A DNA stretch of 64,000 nucleotides. Source: Octopus vulgaris (taxonomy: Eukaryota). Where the stretch lies: NCBI GenBank assembly GCA_951406725.2, contig OX597827.1, forward strand, positions 57,536,001 through 57,600,000, given 5' to 3'. The notes under the pieces are model-generated. The model saw nothing but the letters and a program-made list of their open reading frames with translations, was not told where the DNA came from and made no database searches. This document shows, piece by piece, positions 36,545 to 49,603 of this stretch (positions are counted from its first letter, which is position 1; every line of letters begins with the position of its first letter). Position numbers and translations under genes: made by a program.

Positions 36545-37554
36545 TATGACAGGCTTTTAGGCTTTCACATTATTTTCTTCCAAATTCCACTCCCAAAAGT
36601 AGCCATCAGTCTGGGGCAGTGAGAGACTTGCCCTGGCTGTTGTGCTGTGGGTTTAAACTTAGAGCTACATATTTTCAAAATAAACTGCTCGACCACACGG
36701 CCATACCTGCATCCGTGACTTACCCAATGGCAAATAGTTGTGACTTAACATTTCTTAAGATGTTCAGATAGGTAGGCAGGCTTCTGCAATAGCAAAAAAA
36801 AGGGAAGAAGCTTGATGTGAAATCCAAGTCACAGAAATCATCCCCCAAATATGAAAATGCTCTACCTGCACTTCTTTGAGTCTCAGTTCTACAACTAGTA
36901 CTGTTCCTGGAAGACAAACTCTAGATTGTCCAGTTTACCTATGCCCATTAGTAAAGCTAAAATTTTACCCCAATTTAGACATATTCTACCTGTTGTACAT
37001 AGATAATAATTTGTGAAGAAATAAATTTTTCTTCAATGTAGGCTACTAATCTGTTACACGAAACTTTTTCCTCCATCATAAGGAACTTCATCTCTGCTCC
37101 GTGAGACAACACAAGTATTTATGAATACGACAGTGTTGTTACTTACTTTCCTGAATTACATTGCACTACCAATGTTATTTACTTGGAACTAGGTGAAGCA
37201 ATGAGGGAACTTTACTAAGTTGCTCAACCTGCTAGAAATAGCAGCCATATATCCTTTAAATTACATCCTAATGTCTTAAGTTAGGGAAGAACCCATTAGA
37301 TAGTATAGTCCTGCTGGGATGATCACTCATCTAAAACATCTTTGAGCAGAGGTCTATTTGGTTTGAGTAAATCCAATTGTGTGGAGTTAAACAATAACTA
37401 CGAAATGTTGTTATACATGTTTTTAAATTACATGTGATCTAATGTAAATTATTCAAACATATTGTACAGTATTATTTCTAATTTATCTTTCTAAAACTCT
37501 TTTTTTATGAACTGATATTGTTTATTAAGAATTGCTTTCTTTTTTGTTCCAAAG

Positions 37555-37772
37555 AAAAACCACCCAAATCCTGGTAAAAGTTACTATGGAACAGATCGAA
37601 CAGCTTACCTTCCAAAAACTGAACAAGGTACCACAGTTTTAAAAATGCTTCAGTTAGCCTTCAGTAGACGGCTGATATTTACAGTGGGAAAATCTCGAAC
37701 CACAAACATGGAAAATATGGTTACATGGAATGACATTCATCACAAAACTAGCCGTATTGGAGGTCCCAGTGG
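37555..37772 (+). CDS. Macro-RING-DTC gene exon 5: Deltex C-terminal domain (absent from the ORF track)
   Basis: ccaaag|AAAAACCAC...AGTGG|gtaaat; [72 protein letters not shown]. Confidence 0.95.
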
Positions 37773-38098
37773 GTAAATAACATTTAAATTATTTAAATCC
37801 TTTATTTGCCTTATACTACTCACCAGCTCAGTAAATAAATTTAAAATTATACCAAAAACTCGAAAACAGCATTATGAGGGGTTGCTGGAAAGTTCCTGGC
37901 TTTGGGTAAAAGAAAATATAGTGTGAAATTGAAATCTTCAATAATAATAGAATATTGAAAATAATGTTTTGATAAAAATGTATTAAAATTGGGATTTATA
38001 AAAACTTTTTAGACAGTGTAGACTTAAATAATTGCTTTTAGTGAAAGTTGCATGCTTCAAACTAAATAATAAGCAGCTTTCTTTACTATAGTGTAGAA

Positions 38099-38591
38099 CA
38101 GGCATCACCAAACCTTTTTCACAGCAGGCCAGATAATTGAGAGAATGATGAGCACAATACAGTGAATACACAAAAAATATAGACATAACATATTTATTTA
38201 CCAAAAATTATCAAAGAAGGCGACGTTAGCAATAAGATAATTATATCACACCCAATGCACACATATCTGAATCTCACAAACTAAACAGCAAAAAAGGTTA
38301 AAGAGATTTGTGAAACTGGTGTTTAGGTTTTAAGATATCATCAGTATTTGCTTTAGAATTGCTGTAGCCAATCAAGAGAATTTCTTTCAAATGTTCATCA
38401 GTCAACTTCATTCGACGTGCTGACTTCACAAACATCAGTTTTGAAAATGTTTGCTTGCAGGCATAAATTGTTCAAAACACTGATGCCATACCAGAGGCAA
38501 ATGAACTCTCATTGCAGGTACTTACACAAAAGGTACAGTGCAGCGATGGGCTAAATGAACTGACCTCGCGAACTGTAGTTTGGTAGCCCTG
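38099..38591 (-). mobile_element. hAT (SPIN/Charlie-like) deletion derivative retaining the transposase C-terminal remnant
   Basis: CAGGCATCACCAAAC...GTTTGGTAGCCCTG; TSD GTGTAGAA/GTATAGAA; minus-strand ASVF*TIYACKQTFSKLMFVKSARRMKLTDEHL. Confidence 0.8.
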
Positions 38592-38882
38592 GTATAGAAG
38601 ATGGGGAGATATACGATTGTGAAAGAAAATTGAATTCAAGGGAATTAATTCTGTTTGTCACTAAGAAACATGTTGGCTACTTACATTAGCTAAGGAATAG
38701 CAAGTAGAATAACTTTTTCTCTTTTTACAATTAAATGATTCAGTTGTGGTCATCAAAGTATTAAGAGAATTACTGATGACAGTAAAAGCTCATGGATAAT
38801 ATGTATCTTAATTTTTTGGCTTAAATTGTCTCCAAAAATTTATACCACCACATATAACATCTAATGTTATACTGCTGCTACA

Positions 38883-39254
38883 TCTCTCTCTATATAAACG
38901 GCAGTTTGTCTGTGCGTCTGTTTGCTTGTACCCTCACCCTGACCACGGCTTTCAACCGATTCTGATGAAACTTGACACACACATAGCCCAATGTCATAAT
39001 TCAAAACTAACGCAGCGAAAATTTTGAAAAGTTCCCCCAGTTCTGAAAAAAGTCGATAAATTCGACATGGGGTCGAGAATCAGGAACACAAACCACAAAC
39101 TGTGTAGGGGACGCAACTCCACCTTTTTTAACTATCAAAAAAAATTTACCATCATTTTTTTCCATTTTTTTGCTATTTTTTGGCTATAACTCTCTAAAAA
39201 TGCTTTATAGTTATTTCCCTTACAAACCTGAGCAACGCCGGGCGATACTGCTAG
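38883..39254 (+). mobile_element. Non-autonomous Helitron; 3' end shared with 33406-33697
   Basis: A|TC start; CCTGAGCAACGCCGGG hairpin, CTAG|T end. Confidence 0.8.
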
Positions 39255-39514
39255 TAATAATATATAATAAAATATATTGCTTTTTAATATTCCATTTTAT
39301 ATAAAAATATATGGATAAAATATTATTACAAAAATATAAATTAATCTATGTTTTTGTTACTTATCATTTGTCTTGCTCGCTTACGTTCTGGTGTTTGCTA
39401 AATTTTCTTGAGAACATTTCTTAGTGGTAAGACCATAGCAGATCTACTTCTAGCATAAGGGTTATCCACATAGTGGTCATCCCTCTCATATGTATATATA
39501 TATGTGTGTGTGTA

Positions 39515-39871
39515 TATAATTTAGAGAAAAAAATGTATTAAACTATTCATTCAATAAAGAAAGATGTTATACACACCATATAGAAAACATATACTATAAA
39601 AATACCTTATTTTAAAAATCAATGAAGTACAATAAATAGTAAATAGTAGTAAAAAGACTATGCACGTTTCATGGCTATATTTTCAAATAGATAATAATAA
39701 TAAAATCAATTCAATTCAAAATTAAATTGAACTTACTACTATTTACTATTTATTGTACTTTATTGATTTAAAATAAGGTTTTTTTTTATAGTACATGTTT
39801 TCTATATGGTGTGAATAACATCTTTCTTTATTGAATTGTTTAATAGTTTTTTTTCTCTAAATTATATACAT

Positions 39872-39872
<1 letters not shown>
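39515..39872. repeat. AT-rich inverted repeat pair (foldback) flanked by (TA)n
   Basis: ~39515-39652 is the reverse complement of ~39733-39870. Confidence 0.75.
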
Positions 39873-39919
<47 letters not shown>

Positions 39920-39925
39920 ATATAC

Positions 39926-39971
<46 letters not shown>

Positions 39972-39972
<1 letters not shown>

Positions 39973-40240
39973 AAAAAATCAAGATAGAAAATACTAAAAT
40001 AATTTTATAAAAAAACAATTCAGTACCGGTTTCAGTCATTGAGACTTTTTCAACTGTAACAATTAAATAATTAAATTTTTAAAAATTAAAAGTTTTTTTA
40101 AAAGAATATTTGTATAGTGTTCAAATACAAGTGGCATTTTCTGTTAATTATTTGTTACAGTTGAAAAAGTCTCAATGACTGAAACCAGTTCTGAAATGTT
40201 TTTTATAAAATTATTTTAGCATTTTCTATCTTGACTTTTT
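39972..40240. repeat. Inverted repeat pair with a degenerate hammerhead-like motif
   Basis: ~39972-40066 is the reverse complement of ~40148-40240. Confidence 0.7.
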
Positions 40241-40892
40241 TTTTCCACATATATCAACTCGTGTTCGTTTTCATCCTTATAAATACATATATATATATTA
40301 TATAAAATCTGTTCTGTCTGTCTGTGTGTGTGTTTTCTAGGATCTTGGGTATCCTCCATCCAATTGCGCTCAAATATAATAATGTAGATACTGATGGTAT
40401 CAGGGCATGTATAAGTCTTGAAAAAATTACAAAAATCGATTCCAGGTGAGAAAGTGATCAATAAAGCTATGGGAACGTGCATTTGTATGTGCAAGTACAT
40501 CAGTTGTTGCAATCGATACTACGCATACATGAGAAAAATGCATGTGCAGTTTGCGCAAAGAAAGCCGGCTGGCTTGAAATAATGCTACAAAATGGGACGG
40601 TCGGACAAGTTGTTTTGAGAAAATTTGGTTTAAATGTTTGACAACTCGGCACCATCCATTGGACGGTGGGGGTGGGGGGCATTTTGCTTGTATATATATA
40701 TATATATATAAAGTTATATACAATGCACTTTATTGTGCTTTGTTATGCACATGGTCTCCCCGTCCATGGAAAAATTGTCTTGCATGAAACCAGGCTGTGG
40801 TGCGAATAATGGTTGTGGATCGCTGCTTAGAATAACAGAGACAAAATAAAATTTCTGTTTTCTATTCTTAAATATTTTTTCATCATCATATA

Positions 40893-41297
40893 GGCGCAAG
40901 AGTGGCTGTGTAGTAAGAAGCTTGCTTTTCAACCACATGGCCCCAGATTCAGTCCCACTGCATGGCACCTTGAGCAAGTATCTTTTACTATAGCTTCGGG
41001 CCGACCAAAGCCTTGTGAGTGGATTTGTTAGTAGGAAACTGAAAGAAGCCCATTGTATATATATAAATATATATATGTGTGTGTGTGTGTCTTTGTATTA
41101 TGTCTCCCATCACCACTTGACAGCCGGTGTTGGTGTGTTTATGTCCTCATAACCCAACGGTTCAGCTAAAAGAGACCAATAGAATAAGTACTAGACTTAA
41201 AAAAATATAAATCCTGGGATTACTTTGTTCAACTAAAACTCAAGGTGATGCTCCAGCATGGCCACAGTCAAATGACTGAAACAAGTAAAAGAATAAA
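40893..41297 (+). mobile_element. tRNA-derived SINE family A copy ending at the last acceptor of the DTX-like gene
   Basis: Full head-to-tail match to family A. Confidence 0.85.
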
Positions 41298-41324
41298 GTC
41301 ATTTTTTTTTTCGTTTTTTCCTAG

Positions 41325-41442
41325 ATTTGGTTACCCAGATGATGATTATTTGAACAGAGTGACCAGTGAGTTAAGCGCTAAAGGTATCACCCCAGAAGAT
41401 GTTGCAGACAAGAGAGTAAAATCAAAGATCAACATCACTTGA
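41325..41442 (+). CDS. Macro-RING-DTC gene terminal exon (end of DTC domain)
   Basis: tcctag|ATTTGGTTAC...ACTTGA; FGYPDDDYLNRVTSELSAKGI is the Deltex C-terminal motif; AATAAA at 41582-41587. Confidence 0.95.
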
Positions 41443-42268
41443 GTTTTTTTTTCATTGAATTCATTTATGGGCCTCAAGGAGGATGCATAAGAGCATTATA
41501 TTGCAAAAAGTTGAATTTTATTATTTTATTTTGAAAACAAAATTCTATCTGTTGATTTTTATGACTACTTTCTGCATTTGAAATAAAAGATTTTTTCTTG
41601 TTTGTTGTTGTTGATATTTTTTTCATATTACAATTGTTTCTTTGGGCATAGGAGTGGCTGTGTGGTGAGTAGCATGCTTACCAACCACATGGTTCCGGGT
41701 TCAGTCCCACTGCGTGGCACCTTGGGCAAGTGTCTTCTATAACCTCAGGCTGACCAAAACATTTGACAGAGAAACTTAAATGCTGAAGGGTCAATGGTAG
41801 GGTTCGTTTTATGACAAGCAGTGTCTTCCAAAGTCTGCTGCTAGAAAAGTCATCCCCTGTCACATACATTAACCTTAATTCTTTCTCCTAACCACTGAGC
41901 CAGTTTCTTTCCTTGTACTTCCCATTATATCTTACATATTTTGTACTAAACAGTCAGCTTACTGAGTTCTTCCACTAGAACTTGCAGCTATCAAAAATTG
42001 GTTTTCAGTCTATGCTTTGTTTTTCTCCCCACTTTTGCAGACAACCTGTATATCATCACACCAAACAATCTATCTCTCCAGAGTGGTTCACAAACGGAGT
42101 CCATATTACCCTTGGAGGTCCTTATAAAATTTATCTGCAAGGCATCCACAGGTAAAAAATGATTGAGAAGAACTGCACTAGAGTGAGAAGGATTGTAAAG
42201 GTATTGAACACATCTCCAATTTTTAAGAAAAACTCAGAGTTTGTTTACAATATTGCTCACTACATATA

Positions 42269-43516
42269 TCAGGTCATCCCATAAGTTCTGTCCGAATTTT
42301 GAATAAAGAAAACAAGTGATCATATGTTATATTTAATTGAAATTTAATCATCAATGTAGTTTCCCTGATTATCTATCACTTCCTTTCCATCTGTTTACAA
42401 GCTTTTTAATCCCATCAATGTAAAACTCTTTTGTTTCAAAGCAAAGAACTCTGAAATGTCAGTTTCGACCTCCTCCTGGCTTGCGAAAGTTATGTCCCCC
42501 AAATGATTCTGTAAACTACGAAACAAATGGTAGTCTGAAGGAGCAAGGTCGGGAGAATAAGGTGGATGAATTTTTTCACAACCATGCTCTTCGATCTTCT
42601 GTGATGTGATCTTTGCAGTGTGGGGTCGAGCATTATCCTGATGAAACATCACTCATTTTCGATTCACTAAAGTGGGTCTTTTTTTCTTCAAACGCTCTAA
42701 TTGCTGACAGTAGACTTAAGCATTGATTGTTGCATTAAGTGGTAACAATTCAAAGTGAATTACTCCTTTGCAATCCCACCAGATAGAAAGAAGAACCTTT
42801 TTTTCCATGAAGTTCCTTTCTTGGTTGTGGTTGAGCTTTTTCCCTTTTACCAAGCCACTGTTTACAACGTTTAATATTTCAATAGAAGATCTATTTTTCG
42901 TCACCAGTCACAAGCCTATCCAAAAAGGGTGAAATGTGTTCACGAGAAAGGAGAGAAGAGCAGATGTCAACTCAGGATTTGTGGTTGCTTTCAGACAATT
43001 CACGAGGCACCCATTTTCCAAGTTTAGGAACCTTTCTAAGTTGTTGAAGATGACGATGAACAGTTGTATGGTTTGAACTAAGCTTTATTGCCAATTCTTC
43101 AACTGATAATGCAAGATTTTCTTCAAGTAATGCCTCAAGGAGCATCAAACTCAACTGGACGTCCTGTTCGATCTTCAAGGCTGAAATCTCCACACCATCT
43201 TCAGCAAGTTCTTTCATTTACACATTCTTTCCCATAAACTGAGTTTATGTTTCGTGTCACTTCGGCTGTAGAGTTTCCTTTTTGTACTCATAAAGCATTA
43301 TGTGCCTCAAATGCTCTTTGGATACTTCCATGTTAGAAAGGGTTTTAATCAAAGAAATTTTAATTCTATTATTCTGTAAAATAATATTTAATTAGTTTAA
43401 ATGTCACACAAATGCATAAAAATAATTTTTATTTTCATTAGACATTCTAAAATACTATAAAATTTCATTCAATTTTAAAAAAGGTAAAACCAGACAGAAC
43501 TTATGGGATGACCTGA
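42269..43516 (-). mobile_element. Full-length (1248 bp) mariner transposon with pseudogenised DD34D transposase
   Basis: 24-bp TIRs TCAGGTCATCCCATAAGTTCTGTC with TA TSD; WVPRELS, KKVLLSIWWD, HQDNARPH and YSPDLAPSDYHLF in broken frames. Confidence 0.92.
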
Positions 43517-44505
43517 TAGGTGTAGGCATGGCTGTGAAGTTAAGCTTAATTCTTAAAAATGTGGTCAAGGATTAAGTCCCACTGTACACAACTTTGGTGT
43601 GTGTCTTCTTCTATAGGCCTAGGTCAACCAAAACCTTGTGATTTGGTAAACGGAAACTGAAAGAAGCCCATTACATGTGTGTTGTGTTAGTCTTCCACCA
43701 CCACTTAACAACCAGTGTTAGTTTGTTTACATCCTCGTAACATATTTCAGCAAAAAGAGACTAATAAGTATCAGGCTTTATAAATATCTAGTCAAGTGAT
43801 TTGTTTGACAAAAGACTTCAAGAGGGTGTACCAGCATGGCCACAGTCCAATAACATAAACAAGAAAAAAAAAAAAAAAGAAGCATAGTGCTGTGTAGTTC
43901 TTATAAATTCTAGCTTCGTTTGAGACTCCACAATTTAGCAGCAGTTTTAGTAAATGTTAAAAACAAGGAAAACAAATGCATTGGAAGGTTAGTATTATTT
44001 ATTTTGTCTTTATTGGGCATTTAGTTTACATGGAATTGATTTGCATAGCTCATGGGGAAATTGATACAGATAGCTTGGAAGCTTAAACCTGATATATTTA
44101 TTACAATTTGGAATAGATTAACTCTTAACTTTTTGCTTTTAAAAGAAGAGAACAGCAAAGTAAGAGATTTAGCTTCCAAAAAGATCTTCACAAAAGGCGT
44201 TTTGTTTAATAGTTTTATTTTCATCATTATTTATACACCACTCTCTCTTTGTACAAGATGTGACTCAAAATTGCCACTAGTAAGGAGCTCAGGTTTCTGG
44301 CTAAAAAAACTCAAAGACATACTACAGAAGATACCAAACTGAAAGTCTAATGTGATTCAACCAAAGATTAATAAGGAGCTTTAGTCAGATTAGTAGATTA
44401 AAAGAAAGAACAAAATGAATTGCATGAAACCGTTAAGGAAATATTTTAGTTTGCAAATATAAAAATAGGTGGATTTGTTTTAAAGACAAGTTTTAACAGG
44501 AAAAA

Positions 44506-44542
<37 letters not shown>

Positions 44543-44631
44543 ATATGAGGGAATATTATTCCAAACTTATAGGGAAAAATTCAATTTAGAAATACTAAAT
44601 CAAATTTCACAAAATATATATATATATATAT

Positions 44632-44880
44632 ATAAATTAGAAAATCAACCTTTTATCAATTCAATAATGAAAAATTAAATTATACCATCTAGAAAATTAC
44701 ATATAATAGAAAGATTAAATATAAGATAAAACATAACGATGATTTTTTGCATATTACTTAATCATCGTTATATGTTTTATCGTATATTTAATCTTTCTAT
44801 TATATGTAATTTTCTAGATGGTATAATTTAATTTTTCATTATTGAATTGACAAAAGGTGATTTTTTTTTTCTAATATATA
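44632..44880. repeat. Foldback with ~110-bp arms and ~20-bp spacer; related single arm at ~54150-54310
   Basis: ~44632-44743 is the reverse complement of ~44761-44877. Confidence 0.75.
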
Positions 44881-44895
44881 TATATATACACACAG

Positions 44896-44927
<32 letters not shown>

Positions 44928-47900
44928 TACTAACCTTAAATAATAAAAACAATTTTAAATCTCTCTTACATAAGCTTAATTCAATCTTCATAAAAAAAAA
45001 TTTCTATGCATTTGAACATAATCAATGGAAAACGAATTATCTGATGGACAAAGCTAAAGTTTTGGTGGGTTTGAATCAAATGCTTTGTTAAGCTGCACTT
45101 TCATCTGCTGGTTAAATACATTACTAAAAGCAGTGGTGGGAGGCCACCAGTTACAAATTCTGATGGATCGTTTGAAACCAGGGAGAGAAATTACCAAGAT
45201 CAAAAAGTAGGATTTGAAATTTTAAGTGATTAGTTTAGTGCTTGGACCGTAATGTTTCATAAGCAATAATGATTCAGTTAGAAAAAGGAAGCAGCCCCTC
45301 CTGACATCACCTTTTCCAAAATGATGCAGATGTTAGAGCCTAATTCAATATCAAAGGAGGTGGGATTTTTGGAAAGACTGTTTTGAGAGAGATATTTGGG
45401 GAATTACTGAAATGAAGAGCTGAATGTTAATTTACAAAAAGGGAAATGGTAAAGTCGACACAACAAAATAACATAAATGCAAATAAATCAAGACAGAGTT
45501 TAAGAATTCTTTGACAAATTTAAGAAACAGAAAATTATATAAATATATTAGTTACTAATGGCAGGAATTTTTGCAACAAATTTTTCTCATGATCTTCCTC
45601 TTTTCTGACAATAATAATAATTTATATATATGGTTATTATTATCATCATCAGGGCAGTGAGCTGGTTGAGTCATTAGCACAACAGACAAGATACTTTGAG
45701 GCATTCCTTCCAGCTTTATGTTCCGAGTTCAGATGTCACCAAAGGCTGACTTTGCCTTTCATCCTTTCAGAGTTGATAAACTACCAGTTGAGCACTGGAG
45801 GCTGATGTAATCAATTAGACCCTTCCCCCCAAATTTCAGGCCTTGTGTCTATAGTAGAAAAGATTTATTACTATTAAGGTAGTCATTAGCATGCTAGACA
45901 AAATGATTTGCAGTATTCCTTCTAGCTTTTACATTACTCCAAATTCAACTGAGATTGACTTTGTGAGGGTTCATAAAATAAGTACCAGTCAAGCACTAGG
46001 GTTAAGGTAATTGACTTCCCCTACCCCTCAAAATTGATGGCCTTTTGCCAATAACAGAACTATTATCTGTAACATTGTCCTTTCATTAAATGTGGTTTGT
46101 ACCAAACAGAGACATCACTATTTGACTGCTATTTTATTATCCCATTCCAACAACATTTGAATTCAAAATGAAAAGGAACTACAAAATACTTCGATGCCTG
46201 CCACAACATCACCCTTATTCAGCATCTGTTTTTCTATGCTTCCACAGGTCTTCTCCAACACAGTATCTCACTACCAGCAGTGTCTTGCAGCCTCTTTCAT
46301 ACGATTCAGCATCCAGATAACAGCCCTCATCACCCCTATTTATATATATAATTTCATTTGGATGAAGGAAGGCAGTTCTATGACCTTTAAGAGATCCTCC
46401 TGGATTGGTGAGAAAATTCTGAACACAAAAAAGACAAATATGGTGAAACATTTTGCTCAGGTTTCAACTGTTTCTACCAATTTGCTATGTTGCTTATCTA
46501 TTTAGTCATGAAGCCAGAGATTTTAAGAGATAAAGGGAATTGCTTGTTAGCAGCAGAAGCTTTAATGAATAGGGAATTCAAGTGAGAACTGAACTAAGCC
46601 CTGAACTTGATTTACTAGGAGCTTCTACCTGACTTAGTAGGATTATAATCACATGCAAAGTGAATGAAGCAAAGAGGCTGGCATGCAAAGTGAAAGAAGA
46701 AATAAAATAATTCTTTCAATTAAACTGTATGAGGGAATCCTGGACTCTTCAACATCATGATAGACAATCTTTGATAGAAGCGACAGAGCGTTTAGCAGGA
46801 CAGTTTAGTGCTGATCTCAAGGATTTTAAGAAAATAACACTCCTGTTACATATATTGGTGGGGAAGAATGTTTAATAGATCAAAATAAAATGATTTATAA
46901 GTGTCTTTTAACCCTACAGAATTCCCTGTTGAAAAATTTTGTTTACACAAATGCATATTTAGTTGAAAAAAACAAAGGAGTCTCTACACATTCGACCTGC
47001 TGGAGATAGTAGTCACATCACACCCAGCTATCTTAAATGAGGAAGGACATACTGAACAATATGGTTTTGGATGCCCTATGGCTGAATAAAAGGAATGCTA
47101 TTGATCATAAGTATGCTCAATCAAGAATGTCCTGGGACTTTAACACCAATAATATACTTGATTTCACAGATAAAAATGAATCCTATGAGAAATTAAAGCA
47201 GTTTTTTAATGCAAGCAATAACTTGTAAAATTTTGGGACTGCACTTTTTTTTTAATTAATTTCAATAGGATGACAAACAGATGACTATATAAAAAATAAA
47301 GTAAAAAGTGCAAACAGCACAGAAATATATAGGGGGGTGGGGGTGGAAATAAACTTTGAGTGTTCTTTTATTTCAAAATCTGTTTTTATTTTTGTTTCAC
47401 TTTGCTTACAAAGTTAAAAGAATTAAAAAAGAGTAAAATAAAAAAAATAAAAAAGTATTAACTGCAAAACTGCAGGTAAGATGAGGGGTTGGATGTCGGT
47501 GGGTTATAAATTACAAAATAACAGATTTAAAGAATGCAGATTTGTTTGAAAAGTAGCTGAAGGTTTCTAAAATACCAGGATTTGTTGGGAAGAAATAGTT
47601 TGTTGTGTCTCGTCTTTTCACAAAATTCACAACTGATCCAACAACAATACTGCTGCTGGAACTTAAACTTTTCAAATAACGAAGTAATAAACCTTAGACA
47701 ACATTCTTATGTCTTCATTGCATAATATTTGACTCTTTCAAACCCAAACCTGCTGAAAGAATCAAAATTGTTGCAAAGAAAAAAAAAGTTAGATCCTAAC
47801 CTGCTCCAAGCGTTTTGGCCATCATTTTGTCTGACAGGAGATAGCTACCCACACAAAATATCTCTGCATGATTCTTTAATCTCATCTGTGTGGGAATTTG

Positions 47901-48130
47901 ATCTCAAATCTAAACCAAACTACTTATTCACATGTCTTTCTTGGTCAAACTCCATCTATCCACTACCTCATGTCACATTATCACTCCACACATGTTTAAG
48001 AGTCCAGTACAAAACATGCTTGGTTCAGATATGACTTCACATACATAATTATCTCATTTAGTATAACAATGGTTGTTGCTAGAATTACTTTTAACTTCTC
48101 AGAACAAAAAGACACCAAGAGAGAGAGAGA

Positions 48131-48161
<31 letters not shown>

Positions 48162-49477
48162 GAGTAAACAAATAAGGAATTAACTCAATGATAGATGTGT
48201 CCTTTATTATAAGTTTAATTTTGGGGAAAAACTTTATGGGACAGGGAAATATGTTATATTCAACACTCCCACTTTATACACACGCACATATATATACACA
48301 CATAATTATTGTATGTACATATATACATACAGACATATAGATAGATATCTTTGTTAGTAGACTAAAACATGTTTATAGCATTATTTTGTTGCTTTGAAAA
48401 AAGCAAAGAGATAAACAAACTCTAGTATTGGTAAGATCAAACTGGAAATCCATCTTTTAGTTTTGGTGTCTTTGATGAAAAGAGATCTCTAAGCATTGGA
48501 GAAATTACCTGTGTACCCCACCACCATTACCAGTGCCTTATCATCAACGTACCCCCTTCTTAAATCTCACATTTGTCCAATTATTTCTTAAGAGCCATTT
48601 AACTAAATTTGCAAAGTAAAAAGATTAATTTCGTAAAACGAGCAGTAATAATTATAATAGAAAAAGATTTTGTTTCATTTCTTTTACAGAACGTAAACAA
48701 TAAAAAAATAATGAGTTGGAGTTTAAAATAAAAAATACAAAAACAAAAATCTGAACTGCAAACAGTTATAGGAGACATCACAGTTGTGGTATTGGTTTGG
48801 GGATAAAATAAATCCCATATTTTCCACTGGTCAGGTGAAATATTGCTAATATATGTTTTTAAACATACAAAAAAATAGATGCAGCTTCATTATATATGAT
48901 TTTTTTTTCTTTTTACTTGTCTTTTTTTTTCCCAAATTTCTTTCATAAGACAAAATTCTATTAACAAAATGTAATTACGCTCTTACATGAATTTTTTGAG
49001 AAATAACATAAAAAAAAAAAAAAAAAAAAAAAAATCAGGAAAGGAGAGAATGCTTTTTATCAAGTTTTCAGCTTGAGGTGTCCAAGGAATTAGTTTTGCA
49101 ATGAAGGTGCCGTAGACCTTACAAGGAACACCCAACAAAAGGGGCCCTCCCCGCCACCACCAAACACGTTCTTGTGCTACCAATTAGTGTGGGGAAGGGA
49201 TAAGGAAAGAAGAAAAAAGTCGGTACATTCTGACTTGAATTGCACACTGTCTTTATGCCAGGGCGAGGAAATTCAGAGTTAATCCAGTCAGCATCTTTAT
49301 CCCGAGCTCCCCTCCATTCACACTGTCGTGTCGTGATGGAGTAGCTAAAAGTTAACGCTCAACATCAGAACCAGTTGGACAACAATGGAAGGACCATCTG
49401 CTTTTGGGAGAAAACAGAGAACCAACTGATAAAGTTCATCCTGATAAGCTAATTGGATCACTTTGGAGATCAAGTGC

Positions 49478-49603
49478 TCACTCTTCTTGCACGGTGAAAT
49501 GCGTCACTTGAAATACAAAACAATGATTGCAGACACGCACTGGCTTCACATGTCCATACTGCGGCAATGGAACAGAGTTAGCTGAGCATCGAGAACAAAA
49601 TAC
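49478..49603 (-). CDS. ZFYVE28: Lateral signaling target protein 2 homolog, terminal exon (second half of FYVE)
   Basis: ttccag|GTATTT...GAGTGA; [41 protein letters not shown]. Confidence 0.95.
   Translation of the reverse strand, partial: VFCSRCSANSVPLPQYGHVKPVRVCNHCFVFQVTHFTVQEE

Noticed and set aside
44990-45530. LINE-like coding remnant
   Set aside because: Purine-rich and suggestive, but no motif I can identify
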